Assembly (NCBI GenBank): GCA_009914755.4
Contig: CP068257.2
Span: 30,624,001 to 30,688,000 of the forward strand
Length of the DNA: 64,000 bases
From: the human T2T-CHM13v2.0 reference genome, Homo sapiens
Direction of reading: 5' to 3'
Part shown: positions 1 through 14,773 of the stretch, one piece after another
Position numbering within the stretch: position 1 is the first letter of the stretch
Layout: the number at the start of each line of letters is the position of its first letter
Translations under genes and position numbers: made by a program
Notes under the pieces: model-generated
The model's input: the letters and a program-made list of their open reading frames with translations, nothing else
What the model was told of the DNA's origin: nothing
The model's database searches: none

Positions 1-195
<195 letters not shown>

Positions 196-852
196 GTAAA
201 CTGCTTTATAACTTTAAATGGTTTTTCACACCTTTACCATATCTAATCCTTTCAGTAAACCAGTTCAAGATTTCATTAATTATGTCTAACTTTTGTCATG
301 TTGTTATAAATAAGAAAACTAACCAGAGGGAGGTTAAGTAACATGCTTAGGGTTCTATGCTGGGCCGGACCTAGAATCCGTCTCCTCTTTTATTCTCATT
401 GTATGTTCATTCCACATCTTAATCCGGGCCCAGATTTAACAGCCTCAGTTCTCCCACCAAATTCACACAATCCAGATTCATTCATTATATGGCACAAAGA
501 TTTCACTAGATGTTCAAAACTACATTGTTTGTAGTACAAAAAAGTCTAGAAACAGCCTAGTACATAACGCCGAGAGTTTGGTTAAGTGAACTATTCAATA
601 TTGTGAAATATTATGCAGTCATTGAAACAAAGTTGCAAAAGTATATTTGGTGATATATCAAACTATTCATAATATAGTAATATAGAATATGCACAGCAAG
701 CTGTCCTTTTTATAATTATATGTATAAATAAAATGCATAGGAAATCATGTGGAAGGATATACCCTAAGATATTAATAGTGGTTACTTATGGAGATACTTG
801 GATTGTAGATACTTTTACTGTCTTCATTTCAGTTTTCTGTAGAATCTTCTAA

Positions 853-1182
<330 letters not shown>

Positions 1183-1258
1183 ATTCTTGGGTACTTTTTG
1201 AAGTTTCAAAGTTATTTCAGCAGGAAGACCCATCTAGTTAAAGAATAAATGTGTGCTT

Positions 1259-1555
1259 GGCCAGGCGCGGTGGCTCACGCCTGTAATCCCAGCACTTTGG
1301 GAGGCCGAGGAGGGTGGATCACGAGGTCAGTAGATCGAGACCATCCTGGCTAACACGGTGAAACCCCATCTCTACTAAAAATACAGAAAAAATTAGCCAG
1401 GCGTGGCGGTGTGCGCCTGTAGTGCTAGCTACTCGGGAGGTTGAGGCAGGAGAATGGAGTAAACCTGGGACGCAGAGCTTGCAGAGAGCCAAGAACGTGC
1501 CACCGCACTCCAGCCTGGGTGACAGAGCGAGACTCTGTCCCCAAAAAAAAAAAAA
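1259..1555 (+). mobile_element. Alu SINE full length
   Basis: ggccaggcgcggtggctcacgcctgtaatcccagcactttgggaggccgagg... poly(A) to 1555. Confidence 0.9.
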
Positions 1556-3319
1556 GAACAAACGTGTTTACGCCTGGGGTAAGTACATTTAATAGTGTAA
1601 AAGTTCAGTCATTTCCATCTATTTTATCTCATCCCTAACTGGCTATGGATGGTAAACTCAGTTGACTTCTTTGAGGATAACCATAAATGTGTTTCACAAG
1701 CTTACTGATGTCTACTTTTAGCGAATTTCTTCAGGAAACAGAAGATTCATTATTAAACATTTTTTTGATGTCTACTATGTTGGGATTGTTCTCCCCAGAA
1801 ACCTCGTGTATTGCTGCTCAAACCTAAAGAGAATTACTCTACTCTTTACTGGACAAAATCACAAAACCATTGACTGGGCCACCCCAAATTGTGCTCCCTC
1901 AGAGAGTACCACTGCCTCGAAGTCTTTTTAATCTATTTCTGCTTGATCTATCATCAAATTTCCCTGAGCTGCTGTTCAAACCTGTCCACATTTCTTTCAT
2001 TTCTCTATTCCATTCCCACCCGACTCAGTTTCATCGGATGACTTGGCATCCTCCTCTCTCACTTGAGCCTCGTGGCTGTCACACTCCGGTAGCTAAGGCC
2101 ACCTTTGTTCAATGGCTCTCTACCGGGAGGCATAAAAAGTACGGTGACACGTGTGCTGGTTTTCCCGGGACAATTGACATCTGTCATCCCGACTTAATTA
2201 TTAGACATTCCCTGTTTCGCGAATGTGCCCTGATTTGGACAATAATTTTTATAGTCCTACTAATGATGAGAAAAACATTGAAGATGGAAGCTGTTCTCAG
2301 TGGGGACTGTCCCTTGCCCCTTTTTCGGCCTCTGTGTCTTGGCTCATGCTAATCTTTCTTGTACTCAGTGACAAAAATGATCTCTTGTTCCTGTGAGAAT
2401 TCTGACTTTATTACTTCTTAATCTGCATGATCATCTAGTGCTTCTCAGACTGATGATCTGTGTATATTTTCTTTTAACCACCCATCTCAAACAGTTCAAT
2501 TCAAATCCTCATTTCAGAGCTACAGAAAAATGCATGTGAATAAGACTCATTCTTACAGAGGAAAAAAAAACAGGCTAGAACGAAAGTCTGCTCATTCACA
2601 GATTGTTTTCCCCCACCCTGGCTCCCTTAACAGCCACATCAGGACTGGATTCTCCCAGGTTTTCCTTCAGAGTGGAGAGAAACACAGCAGTTGTTGCCTT
2701 GGAAACTCTGTCCAGGGGCTGGCATCACGGGACTTGGCTCGCCTGCTCTATGGCTGACATCCAAAGCTGACTCACTTAAGTTTCGACTGGTTATGGCTTC
2801 GCTAAGGGGGACATAGCGATTGAGGAGAGAGGACAGGGGAACTTGAGCAAGTGAAATGACTATAGCAAGACATCTGTCTTCTTCACAGAGAGTAACTCAA
2901 ATGATGGCAAAAGGAATAACCAGTGCACTTTAATAATGAAGATTCTTGGTGAAATGTTGGCAGCCAGAGATGCTGTTAAATAAAATGTTCACGTGCCCAT
3001 GTTTTAATCCAGTTCAGAATTCCATGAGCTGATTCAAGAATTTCTTCAAGACATGCACCTGGTGCCACCTACAACTGTTCATTACACAGCAGCAGCAAAT
3101 GTGGGCGGCTCTTCTATTCTAAGCTTCTTTTGTGGTCTTGGTTCTCTAATGGGCAGAATATTGTCTATGTCCATCAGATTACAAATGCCTTAGATGAGCC
3201 TCTATCAGCTATCAATCGAGGTTTCCATTTCAAATCAATACCTAATTAAAATAACAAAACATTTCTGATTGCTTTTTTAGATTACTTTTAAAAGGAAACC
3301 TACGGAGCATCCTAATCCA

Positions 3320-3480
3320 ACCCCTTCTTTCTACAGATGAGGAAACCTAGCCTGGGAGATGGACGCCAGGGATGTGAAATTGCTCCAGTTGTTGGAGGCT
3401 CCGTAGGACACACACCCCAAGGCTCCAGGACTCCCAGTGTGCTGGAACCTCACAGAACTACCACTTTGCCTCTGCATAAT
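3320..3480 (+). mobile_element. MIR-like SINE fragment
   Basis: tacagatgaggaaac...ggctccagg motif resembling MIR core; diverged. Confidence 0.35.
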
Positions 3481-4468
3481 CACTTAATGCACGAGTATTT
3501 TTTTAATCTGTTTCAGCAAATGGAAGTCTGGCATAAAATGTAGTTGCCTGAGTTCACTTTAAAGCTTTGGACAATGTTGTCGTCTAAATAATGTGCTTTG
3601 GATGTCTTGACCCATAACAAGATAGCACTGTTCCTTAATCTTTCCAAAGGAATCTATAGCATTAATACAGATAGAGGGTTCCTGCCAAGTCTCGTGTGAG
3701 TCAGACACATTAGCAAGGTGATCAGAAATGTCCTTATTCCGGAAGACTGCCACCTCTCAGCCGGCAACTCCAAACTGAGCTGGCAAACACAGCATTAAGG
3801 ACTCAGAAAGCATTGGGGGAGGGGATTTAGTAACAAATCTGAGTCATGAAAACAGAAAACGACTGAAAGAGAAAACATAATTAACTTCCAGTGTAGAATG
3901 CTAGTGCCTTGGGGAAAATCCTGTGCAAGTGTAGATGTAAGCAATTTTAGGGACGAATACCGAAAAAGCTGTTAGCAGTCTGATGGGGGCTGCATCGGGG
4001 ACGGGGGGCCTTGACTATTATTTTATTTTAATTAAGAATGTTGGTTACAGGAGTGAAGGGATAAAGTCAGGTTGCAATGAGGCAACCTTCCTGTTGGACA
4101 GGGCCTCCTGCAGCTACTGAGTTTCCCACTGTGGTTGTGAACAGGCTGGACACGATGAATGTTTACATGGTGAAATGCGGCCCCTTGTGGCCTGATTGGG
4201 GAAACAAAACAAAAAGTCCGACTCACAGCCTGAGAGTGATACTAACCTACTTTACAGCATGTCAAACAGTGACACTGAAAAAATGACTACGGTACTCAGC
4301 AAAATTAGTAATCACACCAAAACGCACCAACATATAAAAGAACCATTTTATTCAAGAAAGCCGGGAAGAACTGTCCCCTAAGTCAGCTCGTGTCACACTT
4401 GAACGTGCCTGGGGACCACCTAGCATCTTGTTGCAGCAGCACAGGTTTGGTTCAGCGGGCCTGGATGA

Positions 4469-4827
<359 letters not shown>

Positions 4828-6320
4828 AGGGTCTGCATTTCTGATAAGCCTCAGGCAATGCCCACCCTGAGAGTGGCCAGGGGCTCGAGGGAAGGGTTGG
4901 CCAGGTCTCCTCTGTCAGGGCCTCCTCGCTCCAAGACCGCAGGCCTCTGGAGGGCATTCTCTGCCTCGCCTTGGCCTCCCAGGGGTTACAATTCTTTCCC
5001 ACACCCAAGCACTGAGAAGGCTGGGGAGCCACTTTTCTTTCGCATCTTCAAGCTCAAGGGCCTCCTTACCTCAGCTCAAGGTCATCATTTCCCCCTAAGA
5101 AAGAGTATCCTGTGAGGAGACAGCCCACTCCCTGACACCTTCCTAGCCTACTCTGGACCTTCCTACTTCAGGAAGCAACCATTCCAGGACGGCATCTGAC
5201 TGTGTCTTATGGATTCCGCATTCATGAAAGCCACAGGTTTCTTTCTTGATCACTGAAAGCAGCAGGTGGTTTTCAATGCCATTGCCTCCAAGTCTCCTCT
5301 TGGGATGTGCCTGTCTGAAGGTGGCGTTAATGTGTATCTGCCGGGCTTCTCCCTTGCACCCAGACAGCGCGCACTGAGGCCCACTCCGGCATCTTGTTTC
5401 CAGTGTCAGAGTGGCATTCACACCCCACCCCACCCCCAATCCCAAGAATTCATTGTATTTGGTTATGAAGAAAATCTTTAATACAAAGTATTTTTAACCC
5501 AGTGTGGGAGGAGAAAGACAGAATAAATACAACAGTAGAATGATCACAGATGGGTAATTACACATGTAAATGAGCTCAATTTGGTAAATTTCCTTTGAGT
5601 TCCTATTTACCTGATTAACATTTTATGCTAGCCCCACAGCACCACTGCAGTTTGGGTTACTTTCTTTTTACTCTTATATGTCAATTCTGAAATATGAAAA
5701 GCAATTTTGAATACTTTGGTGGAACCATTTTTCTCAGCTTTTTTTTTTTCAGATTTTTCCATTTACCATCATAACTGGTCTACAAAGTATGAATTGCCTC
5801 CAGTGTACAAGGTCCCACAACATGTTGGATCTCTGGAAAACACAACCCTAGTATTCCAGGAACAGTTCCCACAAAACTAGAATACAAAATCTAAGTAATA
5901 AGGTCAGACCATGCTGAAGTCATTTAAGAATAATGAAGTGGGAGAAATGACATCTGACTGAGAAATCAGCAAGGGCTTCCTGGAGGAAGTGGCACTCAAG
6001 CAAGATCTTGAAGGACAAGTAAGAACTGTATATATACAAAAGGGTCAGGTGTGAGACAGAGAGTACACAGGGCATATCCAGGGGATGTCGGCAGATCATT
6101 AGAAACTCAGGACCAGGGACCCGGGGAGACAATTGAGGGCTGTGGGAATTAGAGACACAGGAATGATCACTGAAATCCTGGCAGGGCGGAAGTAGCCAAG
6201 AGAGACTGCAGAGAGAGAAAGGAGGGCAAAGGCAGAGCCCGGGAGAAGCAGGAGGAAGGTGAACTCCGGCAAAGCAGCAGCAAGGAGGCAGGAGGCCACT
6301 GGGCAAGTCGGACGCCATCA

Positions 6321-6668
<348 letters not shown>

Positions 6669-7734
6669 ACCATACACACTCAAAAGTGCAGATATAATGA
6701 ACCCCCACCCGTGCCCATTCATAAATAATCAGCAGAGATTAAGATGAGGGCCATACTATCCCTTTTGCTGTGTGGTTACTTTACCGACATTTTACCACAA
6801 ACCCCAGGCCCCATGGCATCCAGCCCCTGCATACATCATTATGCCTCGCTCAGAAATGCGGGCAATCAAGAAGAAAATGTTAAAGGGGAGAACAATTTTA
6901 AATTGTTGGAAATTTTAGGGATTTCAGACAGACAGTAACACTTTGTAGGAACTCACTGGCGGCCTTCAAGAGAGTAGTTTCAGCAAGATGCCTGGAGGAC
7001 CAAAAGCCCAGAGTTGAAGTGTTGAGTGGGCAAAGTCAGTGCGGTTAAAAATAAGAGAGCAGTTCAGCGAGGTGCCTGGGCCACGGGAGGGCTCTTTGTC
7101 ACCAAGATGAGACGTAAGTATGCTTGCGGGTCAAGATAAAGAATCAATAGAGTGGTTAGAGAATGAAGATGTGAGTAAACAGATGCTCGATGCAGCAACA
7201 TTCATTTGTTCCATTGAAGATGGAATGAGCACGTATTACGGGGCTGCATTCTTTTTGGCCCAGGCCATGAGATGGATAAAATCCCTGCCCTCGTGGAGCT
7301 AACACTCCAATGGCAGGACAGACATTAAACCAACAAACAAATGTAAAATATAATGCCCAACAATGATAACCGCAATAAAGTAAAATAAATGACTCAAAGG
7401 AGGTGGCACACGACACAGCCAAGAAGACACACGGAGAGGTGAGAGCTTGAAAGAGAGGCCAGACAGTACCTCTGGGCAGAAGAGGGGCTGGGGGATCTGG
7501 TAGCCAGAGAATCTCAAGGGAGGGACAACTGCAGGGAAAGGAACTCATGCTGAGTTCACTGTGTTCTACAGAAGAAAAAGAGAGAAGCTCAGGATTTCTA
7601 AACCCTTCTAGACGCTAAGATTGCTAATACTATATTAACTGACGCAATGTCCCTTTATGTGTTTTACTGCTAAAAAACAAGCTCAGAGTGAGGGAAGAAG
7701 GCAGCCATGCACAGAAGGAAGGCACTAGGTCTGC

Positions 7735-7880
7735 TTATTAGCCAAGTGGGACTTCAGGCAATTTAAAGTCTCTGAGCCTCAGTTTCTGCATGTGTAAAAT
7801 GGGTATGATGCTTCCTACGGAAGAGGGTTCTGTGAGAATGAGGTAGTAACATACATGGAGCCCCAAGCACAGTGCTCCGC
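7735..7880 (+). mobile_element. MIR SINE fragment
   Basis: ctctgagcctcagtttctgcatgtgtaaaatggg...agcacagtgctc matches MIR 3' core. Confidence 0.45.
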
Positions 7881-8888
7881 ACCTCCTAAATGATCGTTAA
7901 GTGCTATCTTAGAAAAGAAAAGCCATCCCTAGGGAAGCAGTTGTGACAGTCAAAAAGCAGCTGTCCTGTTTTGAGAAAAACCCTTGGAAGGCTTCCTAAG
8001 GTTTCTCCTCAAAATGGCTACATGCTCTTCTTTTTGGTTTGGAAAATGTTATGCAATCAAACACACGTTTTACTTTCTCAAAATTTCTACTGTTCTCAAG
8101 AAGCCCCCAAAATGACAAGCCCCGCAGCTCCTGGTAAGGGTGGACAACGGTTAATGGAGAGAAACGTGAAAGTGACGACATCCTGGAGAGACCTCAATTA
8201 TCCCATTTCCTCAGATCCACACAGTTGGTTCATGGTCTCACTTCCCCCCTTTCAACATTTCTCATTTCCTTTCAGGGTTACGTGAATTAGAAGGTTGAAG
8301 AGCCCTTGAAGGGTCACCTTGTCCATCTCTGCCTTAAAATTAGATAAGAGAAGAACTAAAAACCATGGTGGTAATTGTTCAGGGAAAAAAAGAGTTATAG
8401 AGTTCATTTAATTTTGTTAAGCTAATTAGTAGAGGTCCACAGAGCCAACTTGAATGAAATGAGGCCAGTTCTATTTGAAATCACATTTAGGCCAATAAAA
8501 CTCTAGGCCCCAGCACATCCATTCCTCATCCCAAACTCCCCTCCCTTCTCTACCTTCGAGCTTATCACTGGGATTTAAACAGGTGTGACTATCCCAAAGA
8601 AACTACAACTCTATAGACTGGCCATGACTGCACTCGTGCCCTCGTGATTAGCTGCCTAAATAGTGAATTAGCCTACAGATAGAACTCAGCTCTCACTAAA
8701 AAAATTAATGATCAATACCCAAAATATGTCAGATTAGATCAAAAAATAAGTTATTCTCCCTTAGTTCAAAAGTCATTGCTAACAAATTGTCTCTGGGTGT
8801 TCACTGGCAAGCAACTGCCCAGTTATTTATCCTATCTGGGGAGAGCAAAATAGATGTACATAACATCAACTACTTATATAAAATTTTA

Positions 8889-9313
<425 letters not shown>

Positions 9314-10734
9314 TTAGACGTACTAAACGAAAAGATGTTAGGACTTGTTCTTTTGGGTGTTGAAAAGAGAAGTCACTTTCTCTTTTCAACTTTAAGTCAA
9401 ACAGTATAAAAGGAATACACAGCAATATGCTGCAAACCCAGCTGGGGTCGGGGAAGCCTTCTTTTTTTTTTTTTTTTTTAAGCACTTTCTGATTTCTCAG
9501 GTGTAAATATCCCCATTATGGCCAATTTCAAGCTACCAACAGTTTAATGACCAGCTGACAAAATTCCTGAAAATTTCATAATTGGCTCTCCCCTGCACAC
9601 CACTGGAGCTAGACAAAGAGGTGAGTGGTCTAAGATTTCTTTCATGCCCTGTCTTTTATTTGGTTAGTAAACTCAGTTGTTAAATAAACCACTAAAAAGT
9701 GTGAATTTCATACTGTATAATCACATTTAAACAAGCTTTTAAATATGGTTCTCATCCTAGGTGATCATTAAAACTCAGGTTATAAAATAATATTCGATTA
9801 TATAGAAATATTTTTAGGAAATATTTTAAGTGAAAATAGTGTGACCAGTATGACCCCAAATTTGCATATAAAAATGACTAGAAGGATATACCTCAAAATG
9901 TGAGTAATTATTAATTGTAAGATTATGTGCTTTATTTTCTTCTTTGTGCTTTTTTCTATTTTTCAGATTTTGTGCAATGTTTACAACTGGGAAAAAAATA
10001 AAGCCAATAAATGTTATATAGTTTAGAAAAAATATATAGCATTTCAGATTATGTATAGACTGGCTACAAGACTGAATCAGATTGACTCTATTTAAATAAG
10101 GCTAAATCTTTATCCTTTATTTTTATGATGTTTTACTGCTTTCAAAGTAGTGTCATATGCATTATCTAATTTGATCATCCTTGACGCAGGGAAGACAGGT
10201 TATTATACTTTCATTATACAGATGCAAAAACAGATGATTACATGATTTGCCCCTGATCACATGGCTAATAAAGCAGTTAAACTGGGACTTTGACCCTGGA
10301 TTTCTGGTTGCTACCCCCAAGACCCTCCTTCAAAAACAAGCTGGGGGAAGCTTTGCTCATGGCTCCTTGGTTTAAGAAGTTCCTACTGAAAACCTAGATC
10401 TGATTCTGCAACGGGTCCCTCTCCTGGTCTTGAGCATTTTAAATGTCCCATGCTTGACTAGAATCATCCGGGTAGGACACATGCCATTCAGGCATCGATG
10501 CTACACAGAATGGTGCCTCCAGTGGACTCTTTAGCTTGGAAATGTATGAGCATGACTGGAGAACTTGCCAAGGACAGCACCCACACTCTGGGATGAAAAA
10601 CAGGCACAATGTTCTACAAACATCCAGTTACAACAATCTTTAAAGGCCGCATACCAGGTTCTGGAATCAGTTTCCCTATCTTCTCCCTAAAGAACTAGGG
10701 AGTGCCCTTTATGAGAATGGCCGAAGGAGTAACT

Positions 10735-12468
10735 TCTGGGGAGATCTGTCTGAAGCCTCTGCTGGGTCCCGTGTGGTTTGGCCTGGGACATCCGCCTCCT
10801 GCTGAGAGGTGACAGCGTGCTGGCAGTCCTCAGAGCCCTCGCTTGCTCTCGGCACCTCCCCTGCCTGGGCTCCCACTTTGGTGGCATCTGAGGAGCCCTT
10901 CAGCCCCCCACTGCACTGTGGGAGCCCCTTTCTGGGCTGGCCAAGGCTGGAGCCCACTCCCGCAGCTTGCAGGGAGGTGTGGAGGGAGAGGCACGAGCGG
11001 GAACTGGGGCTGCGTGTGGCGCTTGCGGGCCAGCTGGAGTTCCGGGTGGGCGTGGGCTTAGTGGGCCCCGCACTTGGAGCAGCCAGCCAGCCCTGCTGGC
11101 CCCGGGCAATGGGGGACTTAGCACCTGGGCCAGTGGCTGCGGAGGGTGTACTGAGTCCCCCAGCAGTGCCGGCCCACCGGCGCTGTGCTGGATTTCTCGC
11201 CAGGCCTTAGCTGCCTTCCCGCGGGGCAGGGCTCAGGACCTGCAGCCCGCCATGCCTGAGCCTCCCACCCACTCCATGGGCTCCTGTGTGGCCCGAGCCT
11301 CCCCGACGAGCACCACCCCCTGCTCCATGGCGCCCAGTCCCATCGACCACCCAAGGGCTGAGGAATGCGAGCACAGGGCACAGGACGGGCAGGCAGCTCC
11401 ACCTGCAGCCCCGGTGCGGGATCCACTAGGTGAAGCCAGCTGGGCTCCTGAGTCTGGTGGGGACGTGGAGAGTCTTTATATCTAGCTCAAGGATTGTAAA
11501 TACACCAATCAGCACCCTGTGTTTAGCTCAAGGTTTGTGAGTGCACCAATCGGCACTCTGTATCTAGCTGCTCTGGTGAGGACATGGAGAGTCTTTATAT
11601 CTAGCTCAGGGATTGTAAATACACCAATCAGCACCCTGTGTTTAGCTCAAGGTTTGTGAGTGCACCAATCAACACTCTGTATCTAGCTGCTCTGGCAAGG
11701 ACGTGGAGAACCTTTATGTCTAGCTCAAGGATTGTAAATACACCAATCGGCACTCTGTATCTAGCTCAAGGTTTGTAAATACACCAATCAGCACCCTGTG
11801 TTTAGCTCAAGGTTTGTGAATGCACCAATCAACACTCTATCTAGCTGCTCTGGTGGGGCCTTGGAGAACCTGTGTGTGGAAACTCTGTATCTAACTAATC
11901 TGATGGGGACGTGGAGAACCTTTGTATCTAGCTCAGGGATTGTAAACGCACCAATCAGCGCCCTGACAAAACAGGCCACTCGGCTCTACCAATCAGCAGG
12001 ATGTGGGTGGGGCCAGATAAGAGAATAAAAGCAGGCTGCCCGAGCCAGCATTGGCAACCTGCTCGGGTCCCCTTCCACACTGTGGAAGCTTTGTTTTTTC
12101 GCTCTTTGCAATAAATCTTGCTACTGCTCACTCTTTGGGTCCACGCTGCTTTTATGAGCTGTAACACTCACCGCAAAGATCTGCAGCTTCACTCCTGAGC
12201 CCAGTGAGACCACTAGCCCACCGGGAGGAACGAACAACTCCAGACGCGCTGCCTTAAGAGCTGTAACACTCACCGCGAAGGTCTGCAGCTTCACTCCTGA
12301 GCCACCAAGACCACGAACCCACCAGAAGGAAGAAACTCCGAACACATCTGAACATCAGAAGGGACAGACTCCAGACGCGCCACCTTAAGAGCTGTAACAC
12401 TCACTGCGAGAGTCCGCGGCTTCATTCTTGAAGTCAGTGAGACCAAGAACCCACCAATTCCGGACACA
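10735..12468 (+). mobile_element. HERV9 solo LTR (LTR12 family): GC-rich 5' part, tandem CCAAT-box repeat array, U3/R/U5 3' part
   Basis: Diagnostic LTR12 strings: ...gattgtaaatacaccaatcagcaccctgtg... repeated ~12x (11480-11960). 3' end ...ctaccaatcagcaggatgtgggtggggccagataagagaataaaagcaggctgcccgagccagc...ctttgcaataaatcttgctactgctcactctttgggtcc...gaacccaccaattccggacaca ending 12468. 5' boundary uncertain (possible cttctgg flank at 10727 and 12473). Confidence 0.85.
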
Positions 12469-12621
12469 CTGCTTCTGGACCCTTACTCCTGCTCACAGGC
12501 AGTGCTTCCCCAGGGCTCATTTACCAGAAACGACCACACACTGGGTTTTCCAATTATAAGAAACAAAAACTTGTTGCCTCAAGTAGTAGGTTTTAGCAGG
12601 TGGATATATGGGACAAGTTAA

Positions 12622-12624
<3 letters not shown>

Positions 12625-12651
<27 letters not shown>
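12625..12651. repeat. (CA)13 microsatellite
   Basis: acacacacacacacacacacacacac. Confidence 0.95.
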
Positions 12652-12652
<1 letters not shown>

Positions 12653-13895
12653 CTGATGAGACCTCACAGAAAGCCAGAAAAGCCATGCCACCAGGCTTCA
12701 GAGAAACAAGCGGCCCAGGACAGGGTGGCCCACAACAGGGGAAGTCCCCTCTCCTGCCAGTGTCACCATGCAGCACAGACAGGATGCAGCACTCCCACCT
12801 GGACCCCAGCCTTGGAAGTCCCTCTCACTGTGATGGCAAGGCCACCCCTTCAGGGATGCCACAGGTTGAGGCCAAAGATGAAGACTGTCTTATGAAACAC
12901 AGTATTTCCTGGATTGACGTTCAGATGCTTCAGTGGAGACCATGTAATACAAATGTGTGCTGGCTTCTGTCTGCAGCCCAAGGGAGCCTCGTTAACTTCA
13001 TGTGAAGAACCCTAACAGGAATACACGTGCAGAGATGGAAAGGTAATCAAAGGCCCACTCTAGAGGCAGCCACTAAGGCATGAGCTACATTTATCTTCTG
13101 ATCTGTAACAGAATCTTAATTAGTACCAAGATATTAGAAATTACTTTTCATTGGTGAAATGAGTTTTCAAGATGAGTGAACTGGCTACAAATATTGTACA
13201 GCCCCTTCCTTCCCTAGTATGAACAGGGTATAAGGAATCGGGGAGCCAAATTGCCTATGGCTTTGGAATGGAATCTGAAAATGCTTGCTGGAGTACTCTG
13301 TAACCTGCACAACCAGAGAGTCAGCTGAGTCTTGTGGCTAAAATACTCTCTCATCTGTTTAGAATGCATTTTCACACAAGGTGCCACCAAAGCACCTAAG
13401 AGGACAGACACCTGGGACTACATCGAGCTTACTGCAGCTGGATGCTGCCTTGTTGCCAGCGGGTGTTGACGTTTGCTTCCACAGCACCATAGTCTGTTAG
13501 TGGGAGAGTAGCCTGCGAGAGAGAACGCCTAAAGGACTCACTCAACGTTAACTGAGGCTGTCGACAATCTCTCAGAAAGAACAGAAGAATCCTGCATGAT
13601 CCAGTCAATGTGACTTAGGACCTTTTGCTCTGAGAACTTTAGTATTCTCACAAGTAATCAGGGAACTTCGGAGCAAACGCTGAGTTACTCATACCACTGA
13701 GTACTGTTCCGTGACCTCACTCACACCCAGAAACAAAGGGGTCTGGGGAAATTTGGGGTTACCTTTATATTCCTGAGCAGGCCTTCCACACTGCCATGCT
13801 CAGTAATGTGTGGATTTCACAGCACCAGGATTTCTGATCTCAGTTAAATACAATTCAGTTTGTAAAAATCAATCTTAAAGCACTTTGTTTTAATC

Positions 13896-13901
13896 TTTAT
13901 T
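13896..13901 (-). promoter_or_regulatory. MIS18A: candidate MIS18A polyadenylation signal AATAAA (minus strand)
   Basis: tttatt on plus strand; gene length then ~10.85 kb, consistent with the annotated MIS18A span I recall. Confidence 0.4.
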
Positions 13902-14451
13902 CTCTTCAATTAGAAAAATACATACTACAAAAGTTTCACATTATAGAAAACAGAAAAAAACAAAAATTCCCCCAGAATCCCACCCTCAGAGATGGTTACT
14001 CCTCTTTGGTAAGTATTCCTCCAGGTTTTTTAAGCATATAGTAGTACATAAGCAGGAAAAAGTAAAATCCTACTATATATAAGCAACTGCTCTTGAGCAA
14101 GTTTTCAAATGGTTCTGACAGATCATTCTGACCAATTTCTCCAGGGAACTTTATGGATTAGTTTTCAGAGAAGATTCCATGACACTGTGGGTAGACAAAC
14201 CTCTAAGATTTTTCTTATCATTTATAATAAATGTTGTCCCAAGTGTTAAATGTCAAAGTTTTTAAAAATAGTAAATAAATGTGATACAGAGGAAAAAAAG
14301 TTCAGAAAATTATCCCAGTTTCTTATCAAAATCAAAACTCCTAAGTCCCAATTCCAACAAGTACCATAAAACGTCTTTAAAATGCGATTTTGAGAAACAA
14401 TCACTTCTTTATCATAAAATATAGCTATAGAAGTAATTCTACAATTTTGGG

Positions 14452-14634
14452 TTTTTTTTTTGAGAGAAGGTCTCACTCTGTTGCCCAGACTAGAACACAG
14501 TAGTGGCATGACCAAGGCTCACTGCAGCCTCAACCTCCCAAGCTCATCTGATCCTCCCACCTCAGCGTTTCGCATGCCTGGCTAATTTTTTTTTTCTTTT
14601 TTTTTTTGTAGAGACGACGTCTCACTATGTTGCT
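14452..14634 (-). mobile_element. Alu fragment embedded in MIS18A 3'UTR (sense to the transcript)
   Basis: poly(T) then gagagaaggtctcactctgttgcccagactag...cctcagc...gcctggctaattttttt. Confidence 0.8.
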
Positions 14635-14692
14635 TCATTTAACAAATAAGGGGAGGAAGGGCGGGGGCAGAATGGAGGACACAGACTAGAGT

Positions 14693-14773
14693 TCAGCTTT
14701 TACAAGTGGCAAAGGACAATTTGGATTCGGCCTCCCACAGCTTCATTTGTAATGCTTTCAAGACATCTTCCAT
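14693..14773 (-). CDS. MIS18A: MIS18A coding exon 5: MEDVLKALQMKLWEAESKLSFATCKS*
   Basis: Minus-strand translation; TGA = plus 14693-14695; phase-0 junction with exon 4. Confidence 0.9.
   Translation of the reverse strand: MEDVLKALQMKLWEAESKLSFATCKS

Larger units (their letters stand above)
13875..14773 (-). other. MIS18A: MIS18A exon 5 (last exon: 27 codons incl. stop + ~820 nt 3'UTR); 3' end inferred from AATAAA
   Basis: Acceptor ...ttcaatag|ATGGAAGATGTC (minus). 3'UTR end inferred from minus-strand AATAAA (plus tttatt 13896-13901). Confidence 0.6.

Noticed and set aside
1870-2352. 160-aa ORF on the + strand in otherwise unannotated sequence
   Set aside because: It has no recognisable domain and no Kozak-plus-splice context, and its composition is AT-rich and typical of neutral human intergenic DNA (possibly an old MER/MaLR-type remnant). 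I cannot support it as coding.
5075-5090. Perfect TCAAGGTCA (SF-1/NR5A/ERR extended half-site)
   Set aside because: It is a single 9-mer, more than 30 kb from MRAP, in repeat-derived sequence. Chance occurrence is likely, with no supporting context.
10709-11485. Overlapping 100–170-aa Pro/Ala/Gly-rich ORFs
   Set aside because: They lie inside the GC-rich 5' third of the LTR12. This is low-complexity sequence and there is no gene-like structure.
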